64,000 bases of DNA, from the NCBI RefSeq assembly GCF_006345805.1, contig NC_042998.1:106082001-106146000 (forward strand), in the 5' to 3' direction. Of this stretch, positions 51,358-64,000 are shown piece by piece (the first letter of the stretch is position 1; each line of letters begins with the position of its first letter). The position numbers and the translations under genes were made by a program. The DNA comes from Octopus sinensis. Lineage: Eukaryota. The notes below the pieces were generated by a model that was given only the letters and a program-made list of their open reading frames with translations, did not search any database and was not told the origin of the DNA.

Positions 51358-51747
51358 ATCATCATCATCATCATCATCATCACTGCTGGCATGGGTTGGA
51401 TGGTTTGACTGAGAACTGGCAAGCCAGTAGGCTGCACCAGCCTCCATTCTGATTTGGCAAGGTTTTTACAGCTGGATGCCCTTCCTAATGCCAACCACTC
51501 TGAGAGTGTAGAGGGTGTTTTTACATGCCACTGGCACAAGAGCCGGTCAGGTGGCACTGGTATCGGAAACACTCAAATGGTGCTTTTTACGTTCTACTGG
51601 CACAGGTGCCAGTCAGGCAGCACTGGCAACGACCTTTCTCAAATGTTTTTTCATGTGCCTCCAGCACAAGTGCCAGTAAGGCAACGCAAGTAACAATCAC
51701 GCTTGAATGGTGCTGTTTACATACCATCAGCACAGAGGCCAGACCAT

Positions 51748-51792
<45 letters not shown>

Positions 51793-52125
51793 TGTATATA
51801 TAGATACATATATATATACATATATCATCATCATCGTTGTTCGACATCCACTTTCCAGGCTGGTATGGGTTGGACAGTTTGACTGAAGGCTGGCGAGCCA
51901 GAAGGTTGCACTAGGCTCCAATCTGATCTGGCAGAGTTTCTACTGCTGGATGCCCTTCCTAACGCCAATCACTCCAAGAGTGTAGTGGGTGTTTTTACAT
52001 GCCACTGGTATGAGGACCAGTCAGGCGGTACTGGCAATGACCATGCTCAAAAGGTGTTTTTTTACATGCTATCTGCATGGGAGCCAGTCCGGCAGCACTG
52101 GCAATAACCATGCTTGAATGTCATT
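51358..52125 (-). mobile_element. Two RTE 3' UTR fragments (51358-51745, 51824-52125)
   Basis: Each has a (CAT)n tail and ctggatgcccttcctaa. Confidence 0.85.
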
Positions 52126-52129
52126 TTTA

Positions 52130-52159
<30 letters not shown>

Positions 52160-52164
<5 letters not shown>

Positions 52165-52320
52165 AGAGTTTACGAAAAAAAACAAATGATGAAGACAGGT
52201 GGTGTACAAAACAAATAGATGTATTAGTATAACACTCAGGAATAGAAAAAGTCTTTTACGTTTCGAGCCTATGCTCTTCTACAGAAAGGGACACAGAAAA
52301 AAACAAGGAGAGAAACAAGG
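52160..52320 (-). mobile_element. Short hammerhead-bearing repeat embedded in (TA)n
   Basis: Same family as 13534-13620, 53105-53210 and 63590-63785. Confidence 0.75.
52253..52288 (-). ncRNA. Minimal hammerhead-like motif (variant core)
   Basis: cttt-CTGTAGA-A-GAGC-atag-GCTC-GAAA-CGTA-aaag; GUA triplet; the core has U at A6. Confidence 0.55.
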
Positions 52321-52322
52321 AT

Positions 52323-52353
<31 letters not shown>

Positions 52354-52477
52354 TATATATATATATATACACACACATATATATAGATACACACATATAT
52401 ATATAAATACACACACACCCACACACACACATATATATATATATTATATATATATACATATATATATATACATATAT

Positions 52478-53088
52478 CGTCATCATCGTTGTTCAACGTT
52501 CGCTTTCCATGCTAGTATGGGTTGGACAGTTTGACTGAGGGCTGGCAAGCCTGAAGGCTGCACCAGGCTCCAATCTGATCAGGCAGAGTTTCTACTGCTG
52601 GATGTCCTTCCTAACGCCAACCACTCCGAGAGTGTAATGGGTGCTTTTTTACATGTCACCAGCACAAGGGCCAGTCAGCCAGTATTCACATCGACCATGC
52701 TCGAATGGTGCTTTTTACATGCCACTGGCATGGGAGCCAGTCAGGTGGCACTGGTAACGATCACACTCGAATGATGCTTTTCACATGCCACTGGCATGGG
52801 TGCCAATTCAGTAGTACTATCATTGGCCAAGACATTGACTTCACTTGCCTCAACAGGTCTTTGCAAGCGCAGTTTATTGCCCAATGATTGAAGGGTGCTC
52901 TTAAATTACCTGGTTATGCTGCACTGGCATAGGCCACAGTTATGGTCTCACTTGGCTTGCCAAGTCTTCTCAAGCACAGCATATCTACAAAGGTCTCGGT
53001 CACTTGTCATTACCTCGGTGAGACCCAATGTTTGATAGTCGTGCTTCACCACCTCATCCCAGGTCTTCCTTGGTCTACCTCTTCCACA
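52478..53088 (-). mobile_element. RTE 3' end
   Basis: GRGRPRKTWDEVVKHD plus the 3' UTR and tail. Confidence 0.88.
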
Positions 53089-53246
53089 CACATATATATA
53101 TAGTTGATATTTATCGAAAAACAAAAGACAAAGACAGGTGTATAGCAACAAATAGGTGTATTAGTTTGATGCTCAGGAAGGTGAGAAAGTCTTTTACATT
53201 TTGAGCCTAAACACACCCACACATACACACACATATATATCTATAT

Positions 53247-53504
53247 ATCACCGTGATCACCGTGACCGACCAGACCATCAGATGTTGCTACACATCGCTG
53301 GCTAAGTGAGCAGGCCAACAGAAGAAAGAGTGAGAGAAAGAGTGGTGAAAGAGTACAGCAGGGATCACCACCCCCTGCCGGAGCCTCGTGAAGGTTTTAG
53401 GTGTTTTCACTCAATAAACACACACAACGCCCGGTCTGGGAATCGAAACCGCGATCCTCTGACCGCGAGTCTGCTGCCCTAACCACTGGGCCATTGCGCC
53501 TCCA
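53247..53504 (-). mobile_element. SINE family B (internal deletion)
   Basis: Reverse complement of 16436-16744, lacking ~50 bp of the centre. Confidence 0.88.
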
Positions 53505-53528
53505 TATTTATGTATGTATGTATGTATG

Positions 53529-53567
<39 letters not shown>

Positions 53568-53659
53568 CGATGATGATGATGATGATGATATATATATAAT
53601 AACTATTATTAAGACTATTAATAATATATATATATATATTATATATTATTAAGACTATT

Positions 53660-53697
<38 letters not shown>

Positions 53698-54026
53698 ACT
53701 ATCATTAAGACTATTAAAATAGATAGATCATTATGCTTAGTTAATGCATTTAGTTTGATTAATTTAATTATTGATGGGCTGGAAATGTTTCATTTTAAAT
53801 CTTATAAGGCACAACAGAATAAACTTGCACATTAATTAAGTACACTGGCCAGTTAAAAACAACAGATTTTCTTTTGTGTGAGTTATTTTTTTTATATAGC
53901 CTCACTGCAGACAGAAATGAAGTAGTCAACTGAAACTATTATAGTCGTTTTTGACATCTCATCAGTAACTGACTACCTGCCTCTAACTATCCACAATAAT
54001 ACTGGTCACTATGATGCTTAACTTCC

Positions 54027-54143
<117 letters not shown>

Positions 54144-55286
54144 GTTGACTAAAATTTATAGGTTTATTCTATAGTATCAAAAATCAAATGCTGCTAATGT
54201 GTCAGTAATGAAACTAGCAGCCAAGAAGGCATCATTTATGCAAATTGGTTTATCCCTTTTAATAAAGCCATTAATAAAAGCATATTCAGTATAACTTTGA
54301 TCAGTTACAGACAGGTAACAGAGAGGCTGATGAAGCTTCAGGGAAAGATCAAAACAGCCGAGTTGATCCCTCTTTTCCTGTCTATGACAAGATTATATAA
54401 AACTATAGTTGTTTATTGTGGAGCAATGTATTAAATTAAGTTTTATTTACAATTGTGGCATTGGATGAAATTTGTAAGTTTGTTCTATGGTACATTACAA
54501 CATCAAAAAATGAATACAGCTAATGTATAAGTAATTTATTATCCATAATATTTTTACATCAACAAAATATTTTATAAATATGTCACTTTTTACCAATGTG
54601 TTCAGGGAAAGCAATCATTTCCTAGCCACCCCTCAAGTTATACTACAGTCTGAAACTAATTGATTCAAGCACGCTCAATATATTTTGTAAATGGGACTTA
54701 AGCATGCAAACCTTCAATAAAGTTTTGTTATGTTCGTTTTTTTTCTTGTTTTTTTCTTTCCATTCTCATTTTTCAGTTCCAGCATTGTTACCATCAAAAC
54801 AAGTGAGACTGGTATACTGATATTTCCATGCACACATATGTATGTATGCATATACCTATACATATATATATATATGCATATGTGTGTGTGTGTGTGCACG
54901 CATGTGTATATATATATATATATATACACATGCATATACATACATATATGTATATATACATATATATGTGTGTATATATATATATGTGTGTGTGTGTATA
55001 TATTGATATATATATATATATATATATCTGTATACATACATGTGTTCACATATGTATATGTGTGTGTGTGTGTATAAATCTACCCTGTCAATATATAAAT
55101 ATCTATAGATTCATGCATGAATGTTCCTCATCTGAATATTTTCAATTTTTTCTTCTCCCTATTTGCATTTGTATGTATATTGTATATATCTAGCCCAAGT
55201 GGGTTTATTTGTTTATTTGTTTATTCACATCACTATCTACATGTGTGTGTGTGTGTGTGTGTGTAAGCATATGTGTCTATCTGTCT

Positions 55287-55428
55287 AGGTCGACTTTGCT
55301 TTTCATCCTTTCAGGGTCGATAAATAAAGTACCAGTTTCCCACTGGGGTCGATGTAATCGACTTAATCCCTTTGTCTGTCCTTGTTTGTCCCCTCTATGT
55401 TTAGCCCCTTGTGGGCAATAAAGAAATA
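55287..55428 (+). mobile_element. SINE family C variant, 3' half with a distinct tail
   Basis: aggtcgactttgcttttcatcctttcagggtcgataa core; tail tgtcccctctatgtttagccccttgtgggcaataaagaaata. Confidence 0.8.
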
Positions 55429-55451
55429 TATTATCCTCACAGTCAGCAGCA

Positions 55452-55945
55452 GCATCATCATTTAATGTCTGTTTTCCAGGCTGGCATGAGTTTGACTTGT
55501 CTGTTTGGCATGGTTTCTGTTGTTTGATGCTCTTCCTAATGCCAACCACTTTTCAGGGTGGACTAGATGCTTTTTCCCATGGTACCAGCATGGGTGCTTT
55601 ATTGGTGGCACCACCATGGACGATTTGTATGTAGCACCAGCACATATACTTTTTATGTGGTGCCAGCTGGGGTGCCTTTACGTGAGACTGGTGCCCACAG
55701 GGTCACCAAGTAGCTTGCAAAACAAGGGCCTTTCAGTTGAGAGAGAGGGAAACCGAGAAAAGTAGCCATGTGCCAGGTGAGAGGTTGAAGTATGAAAGAG
55801 AGACTAGGACAGTTGTCATACTACAGAGGAGATACTTGGCTACCCCATTAGGACATGGGGTGGGGCTGGCATTGACCATGTTCGGAAGGTGCTTTTTACA
55901 TGCCACCAGTGGGAGAGCCAATCAGGCAGCACTAGCATCGGCCAC
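55452..55945 (-). mobile_element. Diverged RTE 3' UTR
   Basis: gatgctcttcctaatgccaacc and UTR repeat units. Confidence 0.6.
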
Positions 55946-55950
55946 AACTA

Positions 55951-56361
55951 CAGGAGTGGCTGTGTGGTAAATAGCTTGCTTACCAACCACATGGTTCTGG
56001 GTCCAGTCCCACTGTGTGGCACCTTGGGCAAGTATCTTCTACTATAGCCTCAGGCCGACCAAAGCCTTGTGAGTGGATTTGGTAGATAGAATCTGAAAGA
56101 AGATCGTTGTATATATGTATATGTATATATATGTGTGTGCGAGTTTGTATGTCTGTGTTTGTCCCCCCAACATTGCTTGACAATCGATGCTGGTGTGTTT
56201 ACGGCCCCATAACTTAGTGGTTTGGCAAAAGAGACCGATAGCATAAGTACTAGGCTTACAAAGAATAAGTCCTGGGGTCGATTTGCTCGATTAAAGGCGG
56301 TGCTCCAGCATGGCCGCAGTCAAATGACTGAAACAAGTAAAAGAGTAAAAGAGTAAAGAGT
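55951..56361 (+). mobile_element. SINE family A, full length
   Basis: tRNA-like A/B boxes, GGCACCTTGGGCAAGT, (AAAAGAGT)n tail. Confidence 0.93.
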
Positions 56362-56486
56362 AATATGCATTATACATATATGTATATCAATGTATGTATA
56401 TATGTGTGTGTGTCTATATGCATGTACATAGGAATGTACCTAACATACATGCTGACACACATACACACATGTGGAGAGAGAGTGTG

Positions 56487-56525
<39 letters not shown>

Positions 56526-56597
56526 TATATTACATATATATATATATATACATATATATATGTATATGCATACATATAGATATGTATATATATGTGC

Positions 56598-56632
<35 letters not shown>

Positions 56633-56672
56633 TATATATACATATATGTATATGCATGCATATATATAAATG

Positions 56673-56754
<82 letters not shown>

Positions 56755-57431
56755 TATAAATGTGTGTGTGTATACATAAGCACTGTATGTGTTTAGTGTT
56801 AGTGTTTTTATTTTCTGTTTCTTTATCTCTCTAATTGACTGAATATTTTATTATGTTATCAAAACAAAAGTTACAATATGAGAGACCAGAGTAGACTAGA
56901 TCTACAGTACTTTAATATTCCCAGATGTTTTATAGTTTGTTTAGTAATTTTATGGAAAATTTCATTGCCAAAGATTCACACCAAGGTTATGATATTTAAA
57001 TAAGTATTTATTCTATGTTTAGAAAGTGGATGTTATGGAGAAAATTTAAATAAGTATTATTACCTTTTTCGCTACAGTCTATCCTCTCATAAAATTTTTA
57101 ATATTCTCTTTAGATGTAACATTAAGTTATTTTGATAACATCTTTTTCCTTTTGATATATTACTTATTACTTGTGGAATAACTTCAAAGGAAAATAGGTG
57201 TAATTAACATTTTAATTAAAACGTAACAGAAATTTCACATTTCTTTAGCTATAAATTTTTTTTTTTTTTTGAGAAATTTTGTAAATACAACCCAGAGATA
57301 ATAAAATTTTAGAAAACAGCTCCTTAAACTTATTAACACCAAGCTAATTATATTATATTTTCAGTTCCAACAATGTGACTATAAAAATTAGTGAGACTGG
57401 TATATGAGTATAATATTGTCTACTATATGGT

Positions 57432-59020
57432 TTCAAATTTTGGGACAAGGCCAGCAATTTCAGGAAAGAGTAAGTCAATTAGATCAACCTTGGTGTTCTA
57501 CTGGTACTTTATTTTATTGACCATGAAAGGATGAAAGGCAAAGTTGACTCTGGTGGCATTTGAACTCAGAAAGTAAATTAACTAGCCCCCCACCCCTTCG
57601 CTAAAATTTAGACCTTGTCACTTTGGTGACATGAACTGTTCTCACACTCAATAATAATAATAATAATCCTTTCTACTAAAGGCTCAAGGACTGAAATTTG
57701 GGAGGAGACTAGTCGATTACATAGATCCCAGTGTTTCACTGATACTTCACTTATCAACCCCAAAAGGATGAAAGGCAAAGTCAACCTAAGCAAAATATGA
57801 ACTTAGAACACGAAGATAGATGAAATGCTTCTAAACATTTTGCCTGGTAAGCTAACGATTCTGCAAGCTCGCCACCTTAATAATAATAATAATAATCTTT
57901 TCTACTATAGGTACAAGGTCTAAATTTCGGGGAAGGGGACTAGTTAATTATATCGACCCCTGTACTCAACTGGTACTTATTTCAAGGACCCTATGCCTTG
58001 CGGTATGTATTCTGGCCCTGTGCATTCTGACAGTAACGCCTACAACGATACTGGTCAGCAGAATTTGAACTCAGAACATAAAACAAAACAAAATGCTATG
58101 AAGCATTTTGCCCAGGATGCTATCAATTCAACCAGCTCACTACCTTAATAATAATGATGATGATGATGATGAAGATGATGAGTTCAAATTTTGGCACAAG
58201 GCCAGCAATTTCAGGGAGGAGTAACTTTATTACATCGACCCTAGTACTCAATTGGTACTTATTTTATCAACCTCAAATGGATGAAAAGCAAAGTTGACCT
58301 CAGTGGAATTTGAACTCAGAACCTGAAGATGGACGAAATGCTGCTAAACATTTCACCCGGGGTGCTAATAATTCTGCCAACTCACCACCACAAGAATAAT
58401 GATGATGATGGTGATGGTGGTGGTGATCTAGATATAATACAACACACACAAATGAAAGAGAAGATAAAACAGAATACTATAGAAAAAGTTAATACTGAAA
58501 ACCGAGCTTAATGTGAAAAGCAAGATAATAGGTATCAACACTCAGTTATAAATTACAGCTAAAATATTCTTGACTAGACTCTAAATGAACTAATCAAAAT
58601 AGACAGGAAAACAAGAAAAATAATGCTAGAATTTAGGATGCACCACCCAAAATTTGACATAGAAAGGATATATATACAACATATTGAAGGTGGTAGAGGT
58701 CTTATACAGCTAGAAAACTATTACAAAATAACCACCGTAAGACTACAGAAATACTTACTTCAGAAGCAAGGAAAACTAAGTCAACCTTGGCAGAATTTGA
58801 ACTGAGAATGTAAAGACAGACGAAATACCGCTAAGCATTTTTGGTAGAGGTGCAGTCAATTAGATCGACCCAGTATGCAACTGGTACTTAATTTATTGAC
58901 TCCAAATGGATGAAAGACAAAGTCGATCTTGGCAGAATTTGAACTCAGAATGTAATGGCAGACAAAATACTGCTAAGCATTTTGCCCGGCATGCTAATGT
59001 TTCTGCCAACTCACCACCTT
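57432..59020 (-). mobile_element. Head-to-tail cluster of about five SINE family C copies
   Basis: Copies at ~57432-57575, 57667-57878, 57897-58146, 58181-58389 and 58790-59020, separated by (TAA)n/(TGA)n. A box TGGCAGAATCG, B box GTTCAAATTC. Confidence 0.88.
58450..58788 (+). mobile_element. Dong/R4 RT C-terminal fragment
   Basis: IDRKTRKIMLEFRMHHPKFDIERIYIQHIEGGRGLIQLENYYK. Confidence 0.8.
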
Positions 59021-59431
59021 ACATCTTATAGATATTGTCTTGGCTAAAAACAGGTGAGGGTCCATGACAGGATGGGCATCCAGCCATAGAAAATCTACCT
59101 CAACAAATTTTGTCTGGCTCATGTGAGCATTTAAAAGTAGACTTTAGACCAATGATGGAGATGATATAAATACATATATATGTGTGTACAAATATAAACA
59201 AACTAACATATTTTTTTTTCTTTTATAAGCATCAAAATGTGTATTGAACAATACAAACTAGAAATTTTTTTGAATGCAGAATCGCCTTTAGAACATCAGA
59301 AATACTGGGTAGATTACCCTTACAAAGTGGAAACATTTGTCAACAACCAACTATGAGACTCAAACCTATATTCCTTTAATGGCAATTCTGCCTTCAAAAA
59401 AATATAATTTAATTTGTATTATTCAATACAT

Positions 59432-59462
<31 letters not shown>

Positions 59463-59469
59463 TACACAA

Positions 59470-60095
59470 AGGGCTTCTGCATAGTCTCCTTCTATTAAAT
59501 TCACTGACAAGTCTTTGATCAGTCCAGGGCTGTATTAATATTACTTGCCCAAGGTACCATATGGTAGGACTGAACCCAGAACCACACAGCCATGTTTAGA
59601 TCTTTTTCTTCTCCTTTTTCATTTATTGTCATACATACATTTTTTTCTTTATCTTTTATTTGTTTCAGTCATTAAACTCTGGCCATGCTAAGGCACCGCT
59701 TTGAAGAATTTTAGCCAAACAAATTGACCCCAATATTAATTTTTTTTTCAGCCTAGTACTTATTCTTGTTGTCTCATTTGCTGAACGTCTAAGTTACAGG
59801 GGCATAAATAAACCGACCCTGGTTTTCAAGCAGTGGTGGATTGAAAAATACAAAAGCAAACTCACACCACACATTGATGTGTGTATGTGTGTGTGTGTTT
59901 GTGTGCACGCGTGTTTGTGCGTGTGGTGTGCATACTGTGAGCTTCTTTCAGTTTCCATCTACCAAGACCACTCACAAGACTTTGGATGGCCCAAACCTAT
60001 AGTAGAAGTCACTTGCCCAAAATGCCATGCAGTGGAACTGAACTCAGACACATGTAATTGGGAAGTAGACGTCTTACCACACAGCCATGCCTGTG
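59470..60095 (-). mobile_element. SINE A head (59470-59600) and a diverged full SINE A (59640-60095)
   Basis: Colinear with the family A consensus. Confidence 0.75.
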
Positions 60096-60694
60096 CCTTT
60101 CACAAGACATCACACGATAGGGTTCTATTAAGTTAGCCATGCCTCTGTAACCTGGCTGGCCAGTACATTTTTGATGTTCTCTAAAGGAAAATATGGATGT
60201 TAGTTTTCATGATTAAATAATTCAGTAACATGATTATTTGTTTTTATTTATACGGCTGCAAAGGAAGAAGCACTTTGTACACATGATGAAGTAGCAAGTA
60301 GTCTACAATCATAAAATTACATTAGCTGTTGCTAATATTCATTGAAAAAATACCTAAACAATAATATATTTTCTTCTGTTAATAATCAGTTTCTATTTCA
60401 AAGCATTTCATTGAAGTAGGAGCATAGAATCGTAATTTGGTATTTGGTATCAGCCAGTCAAACTTAGACAACTTAAGATAAGTGGCTAGCATCAAATAAG
60501 TTTCTTTCTCTCTCTTTCTCTTCTCTTTCTCTCTCTCACACACACACAAACACACACATACAGACAAATTCTCTTTCTCTTTTCTCTATCCAAAAACAAT
60601 GTATTTGTGCATGTGCATGTGTGTATACATACATACCTACATACATACATACATACATACATACATACATAATAACTTAGAATAATTTAGAAAG

Positions 60695-60739
60695 GTTTTG
60701 GCCAGTATTGGCCCAGGCCATGTCTAACTTAATAGCACC
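60695..60739 (-). mobile_element. 45-bp 3' tip of the CR1 family at 9717-12662
   Basis: ggtttTggccaGtattggcccaggccatgtctaacttaatagcacca matches 9744-9788. Confidence 0.75.
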
Positions 60740-60846
60740 ACATACATATACACATATACACATTTACACATTAGATTTGGTTTCATAAATGCTAACACAC
60801 AAAACTCCCAGCTTTTGAGTTACTCTTTTGCTTTTGCTGAATATCA

Positions 60847-60917
<71 letters not shown>

Positions 60918-61379
60918 TGTATACAGGAGGCTGGCTTTAATTATACATTTTTTCCCCTAAATTCTTTCTGCCACAAAAATAGCAAAAGGAAATGATGTAA
61001 CTATTTTAGTTTCTTGTACTGATGAGAATTTGCTAAAAAATAACGGTTTAACCTTTCTGTTGGAAATATATATGGTCGTCTGCATTTGAGGAGAGTGGTT
61101 TATTTCAAATTGATGTAATATTTTCATTGATTGGTTAAATAGAGCTTGAAATGGCTGTGATGCACTGATACCTGGACATCCTTGTTACTTATTTGCTCTC
61201 TCTATATATATGTGTATATATATATACATATATATAATGCAAATAATATAATATAATATAATATAATGCCCAGTGATAGTACAAGTAATAGATACCGATA
61301 GTATATATGGATATTTTATTCCTTAGTTACTATAACCACTAACTCTGTTTACATATATATATATATATACATATATATA

Positions 61380-61900
61380 TAATGGGCAACCAAACATGCA
61401 AAACTATGTGGGAGCAACTGAAGGACCCTTCAGAACCTGATACAACAACCACAAGTCCTCCTTCAGCATCCAGAAGAGCCAAAGCACTACAACCCTGACT
61501 AAGAACATATGGTCATAGAAAGAAAGCACCATAGATATACAACATCAAATAGGGGATATTGGAGAAATGCTAATCTTACTTCAATAGTGGGTAGATGTGC
61601 AGATTATGCCTATGGTAGCAGGAAAAAAGAGCCACATTAAAGAACTCACAGCACCCAGGAATCTCTCTGAACAGCAAAAGTGAATTTTTTTATCCTTGCC
61701 CTCGTGAAAGGAAGTATATGTCGAATTGACTAATCTAGAAACGTACGTTCTCAAATAACCTTTGCACTTGATTTTTTAATGTTTTTTCCCCCATACTTTT
61801 GTGAGTTAGTTTAGGCAAACACTATCTGAGAGAGATCTTCTTTAAGTATTAGAAATAGCTGAAGAAATTTCTTTAGCTGCTATTTCTAATGAGTTCAGTA
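61380..61900 (+). mobile_element. Penelope-like GIY-YIG 3' fragment and pseudo-LTR remnant
   Basis: NYVGATEGPFRT*YNNHKSSF...TTLTKNIW...CRLCL...LNSKSEFFYPCPRERKY. Confidence 0.85.
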
Positions 61901-63336
61901 TGTGGCAAAGTAATTTATTTTACTAAGCCCTTATATATAATGTTATATATATATATATATATATATATTCACTCCATATATATGCACATATATATATCTA
62001 AAATATATGCATATATACACACATACATAAATACACATGCATGTATAAGCATTCACTTACATATACATATGTATATACATATATCTATATACATATTGAT
62101 AAGTATATATACATGTACATGTACACACATATACACACATACATACATACAAAGAATTCTACGTCGTATGCAACTATGTACACATACATACAAACAATTA
62201 AGCACCTAATGTACACCTAGATATTAAAATATAATTTCTATGTAATAATATAAAACATATATATAATAGGTTTCATTATTGTTTCCTTCTCTATTCCTGT
62301 AAGCACAGCCTTGTATTTTAATATCAATTTTAGCAATCTACTCTTACCTTCTCCTATATCTATATATATTCCTAATTAATTTTAAATATTTTCAAATTAA
62401 ATTTTGATAACAATTGCTAATTCTTTAAAGCCATCTCTGGTTCTGTCTTTCCATACCTGCTACGTCTTGTGTACCCTCTGGGATCTTATAACAGTTTAAT
62501 AATATTCCAATCAATTATTACTTTTATGGACACAGTAACTGACAATTTGGTCTCACACTTGTGTTTGCATATGTAACACATGATAGCTAAACAGTTCTAA
62601 TTTCTTGTATAATAACCTTGCTAGCGCGGAAAACGGACATTAAACGATGATGATGATGATGATGGTTTATTTACTGATATGGTTTGTACATATATATGTT
62701 TATATATGAATGTTTATATGTGTGTATTTGTATGTATATATTTATAAGTAGGAATCTAGTTATGACTACATTTGTCTATGTATATGTTGATGCATTTTGC
62801 ATATGGTACAAAAATATATTTATATATCATAATTCTGTATGTTGTGGTCAGTAGGAATTTTTTTATATCATGTTAGGTTGATAGTGATATAATTTTGGTG
62901 CTTATATTTAATATGGCCTACTATTTAATGTGATAATTTCTTGTAGGTCCATAGAAGCATATATATATCATAAAGCTTAGATATTCATAGTGTCTAGGAA
63001 AGATTTATCTTTAAGATTGTGAGCATTTAATCAATTTATCATGACCATTAATAATATTCAATTTGCATTTAGTTACTTCAAAAGTGTCAGACATGCATAA
63101 CACGCATCAACCACTTCCACCCCTATAACATAGTGCTTTATATACAATAGACCAAGTAATTTCATATCCATGTTATTATCAGAGAAAGAGAAAGAGAGAG
63201 AGCCCAAGAACTTAACCAAAGATGTACAAATAGCTTTATTTCTATACTTAAACGTACATCTATGGTTATTCTGTTGGAGTTTAAAAGGAGAGGAAGTTGT
63301 TCCTATATACATATGCTCTCTACTGAGTGTACATAT

Positions 63337-63780
63337 ACTCTTTTACTCTTTTATTTGTTTCAGTCATTTGACTGCGGCAATGTTGGAGCACCACCTTTAG
63401 TCAAGCAAATCAACCCCTGAACATATTCTTTGTAATCCTAGTATTTATTCTATTGGTCTTTTTTGCTGAACTGCTAATTTATGGGGATGTACACACTCCA
63501 GCATCGGTTGTCAAGCGATGGGGGTGGGGAACAGACACATACACACAAACATATACACACACATCATGATAGATCGCTAGCCACTACACACATTTTTTCT
63601 CCCCTTTTTTCTCTCCTTGTTTCTCTCATTTTTTTCTCTCCTTGTTTCTTTCTGTGTTCCTTTCCTTGGAAGAGTGTAGGCTTGAAACGTTAAAAACTTT
63701 TCCAATTCCTGAGCATTATGCTAATACATCTGTTTGTTTTCTGCACCACCTGTCATCGTCTTTTGTTTTTTGTGAATTCT

Positions 63781-63856
<76 letters not shown>

Positions 63857-64000
63857 TGCGTATATACACACACACATAATGGGCTTCTTTCAGTTTCCGT
63901 CTACCAAATTCACTCACAAGGCTTTGGTCAGCCTGAGGCTAAAGTAGAACACACTTGCCCAAGGTACCATGCAGTGGAGCTGAACCTGGAACCATGTTGT
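63337..64000 (-). mobile_element. SINE family A interrupted by a hammerhead-family repeat (63590-63785, + strand)
   Basis: The SINE 3' half (63337-63560) and head (63880-64000) flank an insert matching 52160-52320, with a degenerate motif gaagagtgtaggcttgaaacgtt. Confidence 0.82.

Noticed and set aside
61820-61870. Hammerhead remnant in the Penelope pLTR (ctgagagag...gaaatagctg)
   Set aside because: The core and stems are too degenerate to fold.

Overview
AT-rich, microsatellite-saturated eukaryotic DNA. The SINE families, RTE, Dong/R4, CR1, Penelope and mariner content point to a coleoid cephalopod, most likely Octopus; this is inferred from repeat content only. No host protein-coding gene, rRNA, tRNA or CRISPR array can be firmly supported, and most ORF-track entries are microsatellite translations. 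The window is a nested set of transposons: about 15 RTE LINE pieces, two CR1-type LINEs (one with an intact 584-aa RT ORF), Dong/R4 RLE-type LINEs, Penelope-like fragments, five mariners (one full length, DD34D), two complete non-autonomous Helitrons, three tRNA-headed SINE families (labelled A, B and C here) and a 1.1-kb foldback element. The most unusual region is 34011-37839. It holds two diverged, tandem, apparently ORF1-only (CCHC-knuckle, no RT) retroelements. Their 3' tail is shared with a SINE at 55287-55428, they sit 12 nt upstream of a type I hammerhead ribozyme motif, and the composite is bounded by ~55-bp direct repeats. Several other hammerhead motifs with covarying stems occur in short Penelope-related repeats. 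Most element boundaries are estimated by eye (about +/-10-30 bp), and family names were not checked against a database.
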